The notes under the pieces were generated by a model. The model had not been told where the DNA came from, made no database searches, and saw nothing but the letters and a program-made list of their open reading frames with translations. The translations under genes and the position numbers were made by a program. This document shows positions 1 through 10,774 of a DNA stretch of 64,000 nucleotides, piece by piece. Position 1 is the stretch's first letter, and each line of letters starts with the position of its first letter. Source of the stretch: Candidatus Woesearchaeota archaeon (GTDB lineage Archaea; Nanobdellota; Nanobdellia; Woesearchaeales; GW2011-AR4); the NCBI GenBank assembly GCA_018303185.1, contig JAGVYR010000066.1, positions 29,553-93,552 on the forward strand, read 5' to 3'.

Positions 1-967
1 CAGCGAAATGCTCAATCAAGTGCAGCGGCTTCGGATAATAGACGCCGGTGTTTATGCCCCTGCTGCCAAGTTTTTCAATGATATTTTCCCTGCCAATGCC
101 AAATTCATTATTTATCCTTATTGTATATTGGTGGAACACATGCTTTGCCCCATCGCCTGCTGACGGTGTTATTATTCCCTTTACGCCTTTCAGCCCCTTT
201 GTCAATTTTGCTGCAATCTCAATCCGTTTGCTTGTTATGAAGTCAGCCTTTTTCAGCTGCTCAAGCAGTATTGCTGCGGCAATATCCGTCATCCTGTAGT
301 TATATCCCAGCCCTGAATATTCATAATTTGTCATTTTAGAGCGGCCGTGCTGCCTCATAAGCCTTGCCTTTTCCGCAAATCCCTCATTGCTTGTGGTGAG
401 CATTCCTCCTTCTCCCGCGGTTATGTTCTTGGTCGCGTAAAATGAGAAAGAGGAGATATCCGCAAAATTGCCCGCTTTCTTTCCTTTGTATTCAGCATTC
501 ACGGACTGGGCAGCATCGTCAACCAGCACAAGATTATTTTCTTTTGCTATCTTATTTAATGAATCATAATCGCACGGGTTTCCGTACAGATCAACTGCAA
601 GTATCGCCTTTGTTTTCCTGGTTATTTTCTTTTTAACTTCTTCCGGATTGATGTTGAAAGACTCCTCCTTTATGTCGGCGAAAATGGGCTTTGCGCCCTG
701 CATAAGGATTGTATTTGCAGTGGCTATGAAAGTGAATGGCGTTGTTATAACCTCGTCTCCCGGCTTTATCCCTGCCGCAAAAATGGCAGAATGAAGGGCA
801 GAAGTGCCGCTGTTTGTTGCCACGGCAAATCTTGTGCCGCAGAGCCTTGCGAACTTTGCCTCTGCTTCCGCGACTTTCGGCCCTTGCGCTATTGTCCCTG
901 ACTTCAGGACTGAAACAACAGCATTTATCTCCTCTTCCCCTATGAAGGGCTTAGATATCGGTATCAT
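1..967 (-). CDS. DegT/DnrJ/EryC1/StrS-family sugar aminotransferase, 3'-partial (runs off the window start)
   Basis: Reverse-strand translation from the ATG at 967 gives MIPISKPFIGEEEINAVVSVLKSGTIAQGPKV...NSGTSALHSAIFAAGIKPGDEVITTPFTFIATAN...SFYATKNITAGEGGML...GYNYRMTDIAAAIL. These are classic DegT motifs. It is missing from the ORF track because its stop lies outside the window. Confidence 0.75.
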   Translation of the reverse strand, partial: MIPISKPFIGEEEINAVVSVLKSGTIAQGPKVAEAEAKFARLCGTRFAVATNSGTSALHSAIFAAGIKPGDEVITTPFTFIATANTILMQGAKPIFADIKEESFNINPEEVKKKITRKTKAILAVDLYGNPCDYDSLNKIAKENNLVLVDDAAQSVNAEYKGKKAGNFADISSFSFYATKNITAGEGGMLTTSNEGFAEKARLMRQHGRSKMTNYEYSGLGYNYRMTDIAAAILLEQLKKADFITSKRIEIAAKLTKGLKGVKGIITPSAGDGAKHVFHQYTIRINNEFGIGRENIIEKLGSRGINTGVYYPKPLHLIEHFA

Positions 968-1550
968 TTTTCCTTTTGGAAGTTATTTTTTCCCCGCACT
1001 TTCCGCAGTTGAGAATAAGAGCGCTGCCTTTTTCCTCAATGGAAATTATTTTTTCCCCGCATGTGCATACATAACCCTGGTGTCTTGCAGGATTTCCGTA
1101 AACAAGCTCATAGTCTGCAACATTTTTCGTGACAACAGAGCCTGCCCCTACCATTGCATTCTTTCCGATTGTGATGTCCGGCAATATGACTGAGCGGGCC
1201 CCTATTGAAGCGCCTTTTTTTACAAGAATTCGGCCGCATTTCCAGTCTCTTTCCCCTCTCAGCTTTCCTTCTTTGGTTGTCGCCCTTGGGTTTTTGTCAT
1301 TTGTCAAAACGACATGCGGGCCTATGAAAACTCCGTCCTCTATTGTAGTTCCATGATAGATTGAAGAATTGTTCTGTATCTTGCAGCTGCTGCCTATCTT
1401 TACACCAGTATCTATGTAGACGTTCTTTCCGAGAATGCAGTTGCTGCCTATGGAAGCGCCTTCCCTCACCTGCGAGAAATTCCACACCTTCGTGCCCTCC
1501 CCGATTCCCGCCTTTTCAGACACTTCCGCGGTCTCATGTACCTGTGCCAT
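951..1550 (-). CDS. Left-handed beta-helix (hexapeptide-repeat) sugar N-acetyltransferase (PglD/WbpD-like) with C-terminal zinc-ribbon
   Basis: Hexapeptide repeats (IGEGTKVWNFSQVREGASIGSNCILGKNVYIDTGVKIGSSCKI...). The C-terminal CTCGEKI...NCGKCGEKI is a duplicated CxxC pair. Confidence 0.7.
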   Translation of the reverse strand: MAQVHETAEVSEKAGIGEGTKVWNFSQVREGASIGSNCILGKNVYIDTGVKIGSSCKIQNNSSIYHGTTIEDGVFIGPHVVLTNDKNPRATTKEGKLRGERDWKCGRILVKKGASIGARSVILPDITIGKNAMVGAGSVVTKNVADYELVYGNPARHQGYVCTCGEKIISIEEKGSALILNCGKCGEKITSKRKNDTDI

Positions 1551-1601
1551 AGCAGTAGGGGATAGAAATAGGGCTTTTAAAAGGTTTGTTTTTTAGGGCA
1601 T

Positions 1602-2651
1602 CTACTTAATCTGCTCAGAAAACTTCCTGAGGTCGTAATTGACCATTATTTTTACCAGATCCTTGAACTTCGTCTTTGCTTCCCATCCCAGCTTTTTCTT
1701 TGCCTTGGACGCATCTCCCTGCAGGAAATCGACTTCAGCCGGCCTGAAATATCTCTGGTCAACTTCAATAATAACTTCGCCGGTCTTTTTGTTTATCCCC
1801 TTTTCATCTTTCCCTTTGCCTTTCCATTCAATATCTATGCCCACTTCCCTGAAAGACAACTCTGCAAATTCCCTTACTGAATGCGTCTCGCCTGTGGCTA
1901 TGACAAAATCTTCCGGAGACTTCTGCTGCAGCATAAGCCATATCGCCTCAACATATTCTTTTGCGTAGCCCCAGTCCCTTCTTGCATTGAGATTTCCAAG
2001 GAAAAGCTTCTTGTCCAGCCCCAGCTTTATTTTCGCCACCTGCTGGGTGATTTTCTTCGAGACGAAATTTTCGCCCCTTCTCTCAGACTCATGGTTGAAA
2101 AGGATCCCATTGCATGCAAACATGTTATATGCTTCACGGTAGTTGGTTGTTATCCAGTGCGCATACAGCTTTGCTATTCCGTAAGGGCTTCTTGGATGGA
2201 AAGGCGTCTTTTCCGTCTGTGGAGTTTCCTGCACAAGCCCGTAAAGCTCGCTTGTCGAGGCATTGTAGAATTTGGCCCTTCCTGTCATGTCCAGAACCTT
2301 TGTGGCCTCAAGAATCCTCAGTGTTCCAAGTGCATCCGCGTTTGCCGTGTATTCAGGAACCTCAAATGATACCTGAACATGGCTTTGGGCTGCAAGGTTG
2401 TATATCTCCTCGGGACTCGTCTGCTTTAATATCTTCAGTATCGAGCTTGAATCTGTCATGTCCCCGTAATGCAGCTTGAGGTTGCTTGACTTTTCATGGG
2501 CAAAGTCAAAAATGCTGCTGAGCCTTGCCCTGTTGAAAGAGCTTGACCTTCTTACAATTCCATGGACCATATAGCCCTTGTTGAGAAGGAGTTCTGCAAG
2601 GTATGAGCCGTCCTGCCCGGTAATTCCTGTTATCAGTGCTGTCTTGGTCAT
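1602..2651 (-). CDS. gmd: GDP-mannose 4,6-dehydratase
   Basis: [40 protein letters not shown]. The N-terminal Rossmann region and downstream SDR YxxxK region are typical of Gmd. Confidence 0.85.
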   Translation of the reverse strand: MTKTALITGITGQDGSYLAELLLNKGYMVHGIVRRSSSFNRARLSSIFDFAHEKSSNLKLHYGDMTDSSSILKILKQTSPEEIYNLAAQSHVQVSFEVPEYTANADALGTLRILEATKVLDMTGRAKFYNASTSELYGLVQETPQTEKTPFHPRSPYGIAKLYAHWITTNYREAYNMFACNGILFNHESERRGENFVSKKITQQVAKIKLGLDKKLFLGNLNARRDWGYAKEYVEAIWLMLQQKSPEDFVIATGETHSVREFAELSFREVGIDIEWKGKGKDEKGINKKTGEVIIEVDQRYFRPAEVDFLQGDASKAKKKLGWEAKTKFKDLVKIMVNYDLRKFSEQIK

Positions 2652-2652
2652 T

Positions 2653-3813
2653 TTATTTCGGCAAAACCTCCCTGAATGATTTTACCACATAATCCACGTC
2701 TTCGCCGCTTAGGAATTGGTGAACTCCTATATAAAACCCGTTGTCGCTGGCATATTCCGCATTTGGCAGCTTTCTTTCGTACTGCTTCTTCATGTGCATG
2801 TATGCCGGCTGCCTTGTGGGTATGCAGTGGAACAGCGGCCTTGTCTGGATGCCTCTTTTCTCCAGTTCCACTGTCAGCTTTTTCCTGCTTATTGCCTGCG
2901 GCTTCTTTATCAGGAGCGGGTAGGCAAGATAGCTGTAATTCCCGGAATGTTCCGGAAGCTGGAGGATATGGTCATATTTTCTCAGCCCGTCATTAAGCAC
3001 TCTGACATTTTCCTGGCGCTTCTTCAGTATCAGGCCTGCTTTCTTTATCTGGGCAAGCGCAAATGCCGCCTGGAATTCCATTGCCTTGAAATTGTACCCT
3101 ATAAGGTCGTGCTTAAACCTCAGTTCGCAGTTTCCCTCCGCCCTGCTTTCGTCGTCTATCATCTCGCCGTTGACTTTTATCCTTTTCACAAGCTCCATTA
3201 TCTCCCTGTCGCTCGTATTGATGGCTCCAAGCTCCCCAGCCTGTATGTTGTGCGAGACATAGAATGAGAATATCGAAGCGTCAGAAAGGCTCCCGGCCAT
3301 CTTTCCCTTGTAAACGCTGCCGTTTGATTCTGCAGCGTCTTCGATGACCCTGCAGCCGTATTTTTTTGCCATCGCGTTTATGCTGTCCATATCGGCAGTA
3401 AACCCCATAAGATGGACAGGCACTGTGAGTTTTGTATCGGGATTTTTTTCAAAAAACTCCGCCATTTTATCTGCGTCTATGCAGTAATTGTCCATCCTTA
3501 TGTCGGCAAATGCAGGCTCAAGCCTGTTGTGCACTATCGCATTTACAGTCGCATTATATGTCAGCGGCGTGGTAAGCACCTTGCTCCCGTCTTTGATGCC
3601 ATACTTGTGCTTTACAGCAAATATTGCTGCAATAAGCGCAGATGTGCCGGAGTTTGTGACGACGGAGAATTTGGTGCCTATGTACTTTGCCCATTCCTCC
3701 TCAAAGCGCCTGACAAACTTGCCCTCTGAAATCCAGTTCGAGTCCATAATTTCCTCTATGTAATCCCTTTCTGTTTTGTCAAGCCTGAAATTGCCGACTG
3801 TTATTTTGCGCAT
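2653..3813 (-). CDS. DegT-family aminotransferase, possibly GDP-perosamine synthase-like (adjacent to gmd)
   Basis: [15 protein letters not shown]..., [16 protein letters not shown].., PLP-enzyme fold. The gene pairing with gmd is the classic per arrangement. Confidence 0.6.
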   Translation of the reverse strand: MRKITVGNFRLDKTERDYIEEIMDSNWISEGKFVRRFEEEWAKYIGTKFSVVTNSGTSALIAAIFAVKHKYGIKDGSKVLTTPLTYNATVNAIVHNRLEPAFADIRMDNYCIDADKMAEFFEKNPDTKLTVPVHLMGFTADMDSINAMAKKYGCRVIEDAAESNGSVYKGKMAGSLSDASIFSFYVSHNIQAGELGAINTSDREIMELVKRIKVNGEMIDDESRAEGNCELRFKHDLIGYNFKAMEFQAAFALAQIKKAGLILKKRQENVRVLNDGLRKYDHILQLPEHSGNYSYLAYPLLIKKPQAISRKKLTVELEKRGIQTRPLFHCIPTRQPAYMHMKKQYERKLPNAEYASDNGFYIGVHQFLSGEDVDYVVKSFREVLPK

Positions 3814-3845
3814 TGTTTCCGGATATTTGCCTTGTTTTTTAAATG

Positions 3846-5378
3846 TTATTGGCTGGCTGGAATAAAATGGTAGATTTCTATATTTGTCGGCTCTGCCTTG
3901 CCATCAAGCCCGTATCCCTGACTGAAAAACCTGAGGAGGCTTCCGTCAGGGTCTGTATATTTTGAGTTGAAGAGTACAAGATAGGCGCTCTTGCCCCGAA
4001 TTTCGTCCCTGTCTATTTCGCCGGCATTGGCAACTCCCTTTATCCCTTTTGATTCCATGCATCCCAACAAATCCCTGCTGGCAAAGCATTCCTTGTCATG
4101 GTAATAGGCAAGAGAATATATTGAATAAGGCGTGTTTACATACACTAAGTCTTCTTCAGCCATGTTTTTGTCAAGGTATTCCGAAACAGATTTCCAGTCC
4201 TCTTTGTTCCTGAAGCTGAAATCTATGGAAAGAATGGCGACCGACAGGATTGTTATGGCAAGTATTGCTGCAGTTCCAAGAGGCTTTTTCATTGAAGAAA
4301 TTGAGCGGGCTGACAGCATTATGAATGGTGCAAGAGAGTATATGAAATACCTTATTACATAAGTCGGCTGCAATACCTGTGAAGCCGTGAAAAAAATCAG
4401 CATCGGCAAAATGAGCCACCCGAAAAGCACCGCTGTATTGATATCAATTTTTCCGGACTTTCTGTATTCACAGTATTCATTGTAAAGAAGCCTCAATAAA
4501 AGGAATGCAAAAATCGCGCAAAGAGCAATTCCGGCAGCAAGTGAAAGGGCGGTTTTTGTGGTGCCCGCTGAAAAGAAATAGAATGCCTTAACAAGGTCTT
4601 TTATCCCGGGAATGGGAATCCATGACGTTTTTGAGAAGCTGTTTAGGGAGGGCAGCAGAAAATAATAGAAAGGAAGGGCTGCAGCTCCCACCAATGACTG
4701 TGCAATTATCCATTGAACTGCTCTTTTGTAAGCCTTAAGCGCTGCAACATAGGAAAAAAATATCATGTTCTGCGCTATCAGCATCACAGGAGCCAAAGGA
4801 TGCGTTAAAAGAAACATAAGCGTGAATATGCCGTAAAGGGCGAGGTTTTTCTTCTCAGGCTCCTTTAAGTAGCTTATGAAAAAGTAGAATGACAAAGCAG
4901 AGAGAAGAAACAGCATTGCATAAGACCTTGCCTCCTGGGAGTAGGATACATGGAAAGGCGACACTAAAACAATGGCCGTTGATATTAACGCCGCCTTTCT
5001 TTCAAAAAGCCTGTCAGCCATGAAAAATAAGGCTGCTGCAGATAATGCGCCTATCAAAGCCGATAATGACCTCGCTGCAAATTCAGACATTCCGAAAGCA
5101 GCCATCCACTGATGCAGCATAATATGGTAAAAAGGGAGATAAGAGTTTGCCTGTGCATTCTTAAAAACCTCTAAAACGCTGCCTGCAGAGTCAGAATAAA
5201 CTGTAACTCCCTCATCAATCCAGAAATTCTCGTAAGAGATGTTAATGCTCCTTATTAGAAAAGCGGCAGTGAATATAACCAGCAATAGCAGGATTAGCTT
5301 TTTCCTTTTTTCCATCCCCTCACCTTCACCATTGATTTGCCTGTGTGGATATATAAACGTTTTCATGATGTTTCGCAT
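3846..5378 (-). CDS. GT-C fold membrane glycosyltransferase (ArnT/PMT_2, GT39/GT83-like)
   Basis: N-terminal TM helix plus IDEG acidic motif in the first loop, about 11 predicted TM helices, and a C-terminal soluble domain. Confidence 0.6.
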   Translation of the reverse strand: MRNIMKTFIYPHRQINGEGEGMEKRKKLILLLLVIFTAAFLIRSINISYENFWIDEGVTVYSDSAGSVLEVFKNAQANSYLPFYHIMLHQWMAAFGMSEFAARSLSALIGALSAAALFFMADRLFERKAALISTAIVLVSPFHVSYSQEARSYAMLFLLSALSFYFFISYLKEPEKKNLALYGIFTLMFLLTHPLAPVMLIAQNMIFFSYVAALKAYKRAVQWIIAQSLVGAAALPFYYFLLPSLNSFSKTSWIPIPGIKDLVKAFYFFSAGTTKTALSLAAGIALCAIFAFLLLRLLYNEYCEYRKSGKIDINTAVLFGWLILPMLIFFTASQVLQPTYVIRYFIYSLAPFIMLSARSISSMKKPLGTAAILAITILSVAILSIDFSFRNKEDWKSVSEYLDKNMAEEDLVYVNTPYSIYSLAYYHDKECFASRDLLGCMESKGIKGVANAGEIDRDEIRGKSAYLVLFNSKYTDPDGSLLRFFSQGYGLDGKAEPTNIEIYHFIPASQ

Positions 5379-5441
5379 TAATAACCCATAGAAAGATTAT
5401 TAAAGAAAGATAAGGAGCCTTAAACCGTTTTTGGGGCTAAA

Positions 5442-6221
5442 ATGGGGAATAAAGGCGATAAAACGGCATATGTCTGTGTTCACTCAAGGAAGGAAAATTT
5501 AAGTTTTCCAAAAAAGCTTCCCGGAAAGAAAAAATCGGTGTCGGTCATACTTGCCACGCTGAATGAGGAAGGCAACATAAGAAAGCTCGTTTCCGCAATC
5601 AGGAGCAGCCTGAAAGGCGTTAGCCATGAAATAATAATAGTGGATGACAACTCAGGAGATAAAACCCCGGAAATAATGGACAGGCTGGCATCTGAAAGCG
5701 TCATTGCCCTGCACAGGTACGGCAAAAAGGGCATCTTCTCTGCAATAACCGACGGGATTAAGCTCTCAAGGGGCGAGTTCATTGTCATAATGGATGCTGA
5801 CTTTTCACATTCGCCGGAATGCCTTAAGCAGTTCCTGAAGCATAAGAATGACTATGACATCATATCAGCTTCAAGGTTCGTCAAAGGCGGCGGGATAAAG
5901 GCTCCTTTAAGCCGCGTTCTCGCTCCCTATCTTTTCAGTATGGTCGCTAAAGTAATTATGGGAATAAAGGTAAAAGACCTCACCAACGGCTACCATATGA
6001 TAAGGAAGTCGTGCTTTGACCGCATTAAGTTCAGGCACAAAAGCGTGTGGGGCGAGTTTGACCTTGAAATCTTCTACAGGAGCGCTAAAATGGGCTTCCG
6101 CATACTTGAGATACCTTACACATACATATACAGGACACATGGCGCATCCAAATCGCAAAGCTTATTAAAATACGGCTTTATATATTTCAGGCGAGCTTTG
6201 CAGCTGAGGCTGGGACTATGA
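5442..6221 (+). CDS. Family 2 glycosyltransferase (dolichyl/polyprenyl-phosphate sugar synthase-like)
   Basis: SVILATLNEEGNI...IIIVDDNSGDKT...IMDADFSH (GT-A fold with DxD region). Confidence 0.75.
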   Translation: MGNKGDKTAYVCVHSRKENLSFPKKLPGKKKSVSVILATLNEEGNIRKLVSAIRSSLKGVSHEIIIVDDNSGDKTPEIMDRLASESVIALHRYGKKGIFSAITDGIKLSRGEFIVIMDADFSHSPECLKQFLKHKNDYDIISASRFVKGGGIKAPLSRVLAPYLFSMVAKVIMGIKVKDLTNGYHMIRKSCFDRIKFRHKSVWGEFDLEIFYRSAKMGFRILEIPYTYIYRTHGASKSQSLLKYGFIYFRRALQLRLGL

Positions 6222-7294
6222 AGATTCCGTTTGCTGATCCTCTTCTTGGTGATGAAGAGCTTAATAATGTGATTGACGCTGTCAAATCCACATGGATTGG
6301 CGCGCTTGGAAAGTATTTAGGCCAGTTTGAAAAGGACTTTTCCGGATATTTGGGCTCTAAGCATGCTTCCACAGTAACGAACGGCACGGTCGCAATCCAT
6401 GCGGCGCTTCTCGCGCTTGGAATAAAGCCCGGGGACGAAGTCATTGTGCCGGATATGACCTTTGTAGCCACTGCAAACGCAGCCGCTTTTATCGGCGCTA
6501 AAGTGGTGCTTGCAGATGTCGAAAAAGACACATGGAACATTGACCCAAAGGAAGTTGCCAAAAAGATAACAAAAAAGACAAAAGCCATAATCCCTGTCCA
6601 CCTTTACGGCCATCCTGCGGATATGGATCCCATAATGGAGCTTGCGCGCAAGAATGGCCTCTTCGTGGTTGAGGACTGTGCAGAGGCTGCAGGAGCAGAG
6701 TATAAAGGCAGGAAAGTTGGCACGATAGGAGACATAGGATGCTTCTCTTTCCATGCCAGCAAGCTAATCACAACAGGAGAGGGCGGCATGTGCGTTACTG
6801 GCAGGAAAGAGCTTTGGGAAAAGATAGAGCACCTCAAGAACCACGCGATGGATGAGAAAAGAAGGTACTGGCATGACATGATAGGCTATAATTACCGCAT
6901 GACGAACATACAGGCCGCGATAGGGGTTGCCCAGCTCAGGAAGCTTGACAGGATAATAGAGAAAAAAAGGCGGATTGCCGGAAAGTACATGGATTTTCTT
7001 GAAGGCGTGGGCGACATAAGGTTCCCTGCAGAGAAGGAATGGGCAAAGAATGTATTCTGGTTCTTCTCAATGCTGTCCTCAAAAAAAGATGCAATTGAAA
7101 TTGCACTGAAAAACAGAGGCATAGAGACAAGGCCTTTCTTCTGGCCAATGCATGAGCTGCCCATGTTTAGGAGTTCGGAGAAATTTCCCGTTTCCTCGAT
7201 GCTTCACCGCGAGGGAATAAGCCTTCCGTCCTCTGCTCTTCTGGAGGAAGGCCATATAAGGGAAGTATGCAGAGTTATAAAATCGGTTTTCTGA
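6218..7294 (+). CDS. DegT/DnrJ/EryC1/StrS-family sugar aminotransferase
   Basis: HASTVTNGTVAIHAALLALGIKPGDEVIVPDMTFVATANAA..., FSFHASKLITTGEGGM, GYNYRMTNIQAAIG. Confidence 0.85.
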   Translation: MKIPFADPLLGDEELNNVIDAVKSTWIGALGKYLGQFEKDFSGYLGSKHASTVTNGTVAIHAALLALGIKPGDEVIVPDMTFVATANAAAFIGAKVVLADVEKDTWNIDPKEVAKKITKKTKAIIPVHLYGHPADMDPIMELARKNGLFVVEDCAEAAGAEYKGRKVGTIGDIGCFSFHASKLITTGEGGMCVTGRKELWEKIEHLKNHAMDEKRRYWHDMIGYNYRMTNIQAAIGVAQLRKLDRIIEKKRRIAGKYMDFLEGVGDIRFPAEKEWAKNVFWFFSMLSSKKDAIEIALKNRGIETRPFFWPMHELPMFRSSEKFPVSSMLHREGISLPSSALLEEGHIREVCRVIKSVF

Positions 7295-8032
7295 TCAGAA
7301 CTTTATGGAATCTAGATTTTTATCTGGCGGAACCTTTATCTTGTAAGTTGCGGTTGTTTTCTCTGAAGAGTATTCTGTCTCAGCAGTCTTTATCCTGAAT
7401 TTCTCCTTGATATTGAACGGCTGGCCGTAGTGCAGTCCTTTGAGGCTGAGGAGGACGTCATTCCTTATGTAGGCCCTGCTGACTCTTCTGCCAAGCAGCA
7501 GTTTGGAAAACGGCATTATAAAAAAAGAAAGTAAGCCTATTATCGGTAGATATAGCCATATAGGCACGGCATTTGCAGCAAAAGTGAAGGCTCTTGTTAT
7601 CATGCCTTTATTCTTCTGGAAAGACACAAGCACAATGCCTTTTGGTTTTGTAACCCTGAGGAATTCAGATAGCGCCTTTGCCATACCTGCATTATCCAGA
7701 TAAAATATCGTTCCGATGCAGAAGGCAACATCAAACTCAGAATCTTTAAAATCTGACAAATCTGCAATATTACCTACAGCAAATTTGGTTTTTCCTTTAA
7801 TTGGATATTTCTTTTCAGCCTTCCGGATTCAGCTCCGGCTTATGTCAATCCCTGCAGCATATTTGGCTCCTTTCGCTAGGAAAACAGGAGCGTCGTATCC
7901 GGTTCTGCAGCCGGCAATGAGAACCTTTTTTCCTTTGATTTCAGAGTCATTGAAATAGCAGTCTATGAACCTTTTTGACTCATCATACCTGTGGTCGAAT
8001 TCCACCGAATAATCGAATGTTGCCTTACCCAT
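7295..8032 (-). pseudogene. Class I SAM-dependent methyltransferase split by a frameshift into ORFs 7829..8032 and 7295..7759
   Basis: The upstream ORF carries motif I (VLIAGCRTGYDAPVFLAKGAKYAAGIDIS). The downstream ORF carries the post-I/II region (FDVAFCIGTIFYLDN...LRVTKPKGIVLVSF). A second frame across the junction reads IRKAEKKYPIKGKTKFAVGNIADLSDFKDSEFDV, which joins the two ORFs. Confidence 0.6.
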
Positions 8033-9977
8033 GCCTAATCATCCCGTTATCAAGCAGTTTTACAAGCCTCTCCGTCGCCTTGCCGTCAACATCCATGTAA
8101 TAATGGGAAAAGCCTTTCCTGCCGGAAGGCATTTGCTGCTCTGGCCTCTTTCCTGACAGCATCTTCTTTATTTCATTGGATAGCTGCACTTTGCCGGTTA
8201 TCCTCGGAAGCATCTCTTTTCCTGCTCCCCCTATAAGTTCGTATCTTTCAAGCAGGTTAAGTTGCAATACTTTTTTCTTCATAAGAAGCGCGTCAAGCAG
8301 CACAGTGGAGTTTATCGCAATTACAATATCAGAAGCATAAAGTAGCTCGTAAAGGTCTATGTCCCTTATGATTGTGCAACTGAAATCAAGCTCTTTCATT
8401 ATGTCTCTATAATATTGCTCATCATCATTTGGATGCAGCTTTATGACAAGATGGGCGTTTCTCGCTTGCCGAAGTGATTCTGCAAGGGCAGAAAGCGCAG
8501 TTTTCATTTCCATGGAATCCTTGAGGGGCCCTGAGGCAAACATCACAATTTTCTTTTCCGGGCTTATTGCAAGCTTTCTGCATAAGCCCTCCTTGGAATA
8601 GTTTTTTTTCCGTTCGTATATTATGTCCGTCTTTGGCTGGCCGGTTACAAAGATCCCGTCCGCAGGATAGTTTCCGTACTTAAGCAGCAATTCCCTGAAA
8701 TAATCTCCGAAAACAGCAGTCTTGTCCGCCAAAATGCAGCCGAGCCCGTTTTCGTGCAGCCCGAAATCATCGGTGCCATAGTTGTAGGAAATATGATAGG
8801 GGTGGATTATCCCATGCTGTACGGCGACGGAATTGGCCCCTGCCTGCCTAGCCGCAAAAACAAGGAATCTTGAAGAGCCGTTTTCGTCAACACAGATTAC
8901 ATAGTCTATCTTCCTGCCCTTGATGAGTTTCATCCCTATTTCAATATTTCTTGCTGCCGAAGCGAATGAATCGAACCGGCCGTGGAAATAATGGCTTATG
9001 ACTGGCCTCAGGATTGAGTAAGCATCCACGCCCCCGCATTCCATGGCTCCCCTTACTTTCGGCTTTCCGTCTATTGAGGCAAACACAGCCTTCAGGCGTT
9101 TCTTCAGAGACAGCAGCCTTAAATTCATCCCGATATCAAAGAAGCTTTTGAAAGTGAAATATTCGTATGGGATGTATGGGCTTTTTTTCTTCTTAATCCC
9201 TTTTAATGCGGCCTGCCTGTTTACAGCCACGTCAAGCAGCGTAAGGCTGTATCTGCCGCTTTTTTTGAGCGCTTCTATTATTGTGTGGCAGTTTGCATCC
9301 CCTTCAATGCCTTGTGCAAGAGCGGTCCACATATGGGCCTGCGTGAATACGAGCACGTTTTTTTCCGCCTTCCCGGGTTTTGTGAAAGGCGCCCTGAGAA
9401 TCCCCTGAAGCGCCCTGAAGATCCTTACAGGAAACTCTGAAAATGCCGCTCTGGCTGTCAGGTCGTTGCCCGGCTTTGCGCAGGAATCATGAAATTTAAC
9501 TGCGACATTAAGCCTCTTCCCAATCTCTTCCATCATTGAATTGTATACTGCATCGCGGGATAACACCCCTATATTCTGCGCCTTAAGTCGCCTTATTGCC
9601 GTTTCAACAGAATACGACTCTTTCAGCACGACAGCGCAGTGTATGAAAAAGCCCTGCCTCACGAACCACCACAGAGACTGGCCGTTATACTCTAAAAGCT
9701 CCACAAGCGATTTTTTTCCGATAAGTTTCTTATGCGGGAATGTCTTGACAAGCTCAAGCGCCCTGCCCCTTATGTCATCGAATCCGATGTGCTTCGTAAA
9801 GTCCTCCAGAACCAGTGTCTTCATGCCGTGCTTCTCAAGAGTTTTTGCAAGAGGCCTGTCCCATGCTACAATTGCAGTATCTTTGGGGCTTATCCTGCCT
9901 TTCCGGAGCAATACATTGAGCGACTCAGCATCCCTTGCATCTTTGATGAAGATACATCCGACTTTTTCCATCAGCAC
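8025..9977 (-). CDS. Polysaccharide biosynthesis protein, TagF/TagB-like CDP-glycerol glycerophosphotransferase or capsule polymerase-like
   Basis: The C-terminal region (KKIVMFASGPL...HLVIKLHPND...IVIAINSTVLLDALLMKKKVLQLN) resembles the TagF-type HP-motif transferase domain. The N-terminal domain is unassigned. Confidence 0.4.
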   Translation of the reverse strand: MLMEKVGCIFIKDARDAESLNVLLRKGRISPKDTAIVAWDRPLAKTLEKHGMKTLVLEDFTKHIGFDDIRGRALELVKTFPHKKLIGKKSLVELLEYNGQSLWWFVRQGFFIHCAVVLKESYSVETAIRRLKAQNIGVLSRDAVYNSMMEEIGKRLNVAVKFHDSCAKPGNDLTARAAFSEFPVRIFRALQGILRAPFTKPGKAEKNVLVFTQAHMWTALAQGIEGDANCHTIIEALKKSGRYSLTLLDVAVNRQAALKGIKKKKSPYIPYEYFTFKSFFDIGMNLRLLSLKKRLKAVFASIDGKPKVRGAMECGGVDAYSILRPVISHYFHGRFDSFASAARNIEIGMKLIKGRKIDYVICVDENGSSRFLVFAARQAGANSVAVQHGIIHPYHISYNYGTDDFGLHENGLGCILADKTAVFGDYFRELLLKYGNYPADGIFVTGQPKTDIIYERKKNYSKEGLCRKLAISPEKKIVMFASGPLKDSMEMKTALSALAESLRQARNAHLVIKLHPNDDEQYYRDIMKELDFSCTIIRDIDLYELLYASDIVIAINSTVLLDALLMKKKVLQLNLLERYELIGGAGKEMLPRITGKVQLSNEIKKMLSGKRPEQQMPSGRKGFSHYYMDVDGKATERLVKLLDNGMIRHG

Positions 9978-10042
9978 AGCCTGATTTTAGGCTTATAAAA
10001 AGCTTTTTGTTGTGTTTGGGAGAATTGTGTTCATGCGGTGAG

Positions 10043-10678
10043 TCACTTCTTCCTCAGAAGGAACATCTCATCAACATTGTCGTCATAAAGGTACTTGAAT
10101 TTCTCTCTCTTCACCATTTCCAGTCCGGGAAAGATCTGGAGGTATTCTCCGGCAAAATCCGTCTTCCACAGGAGATTCTCGTGCCCGCGGTAATTTACCT
10201 CAGTACATTCCGGCGTGAAGTATTCAAAGCCCCAGATATATTCCTTTGCTACCCTGCATATCTCCTTCAGGGCTCTCTGTATGTCCTTCGGGCTTATGTG
10301 GATCAGCACCCTTGATGTGAACACCATATCAAAGCTTCTGTCAGGGAAAGGAATCTTGAATATATTGCCCTGCACGATGTTTGCAGAAGGAACGGCTTTC
10401 TTGGCGACTTCTATTGCGTGGGGATTAAGCTCGACAGCGCTCAGGTTCCTGAATCCCATTTTTGACAGCTCTATAAGCTGGTTTCCGGAATTCGGGCCTA
10501 TCTCAAGTATCTTCATTGACCTGTCAAGCTTTCCGAGAAAACGCCTGTTCATCTCAGTTCTTGTGATGCCGAAATCCTTCATGTACAGCTCATCCATGGA
10601 CTCATTCTGGTATTTGTTCCTGTCAGTGTAAATGGCTCCAAACTCACCTTTCCACACTTTCATCTGGTCTGTTTCCAT
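10043..10678 (-). CDS. Class I SAM-dependent methyltransferase
   Basis: ILEIGPNSGNQLIELSKMGFRNLSAVELNPHAIEVAKK (motif I), followed by downstream motif II/III. Confidence 0.7.
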   Translation of the reverse strand: METDQMKVWKGEFGAIYTDRNKYQNESMDELYMKDFGITRTEMNRRFLGKLDRSMKILEIGPNSGNQLIELSKMGFRNLSAVELNPHAIEVAKKAVPSANIVQGNIFKIPFPDRSFDMVFTSRVLIHISPKDIQRALKEICRVAKEYIWGFEYFTPECTEVNYRGHENLLWKTDFAGEYLQIFPGLEMVKREKFKYLYDDNVDEMFLLRKK

Positions 10679-10774
10679 GATGGCTTTTGCACTCTGATTT
10701 CGTTTATATATTTTTTGATGGTGTTATCCGGTTTTATTCCATAAAGCTTTTATATCCAGCGCGAGGACCATGCA

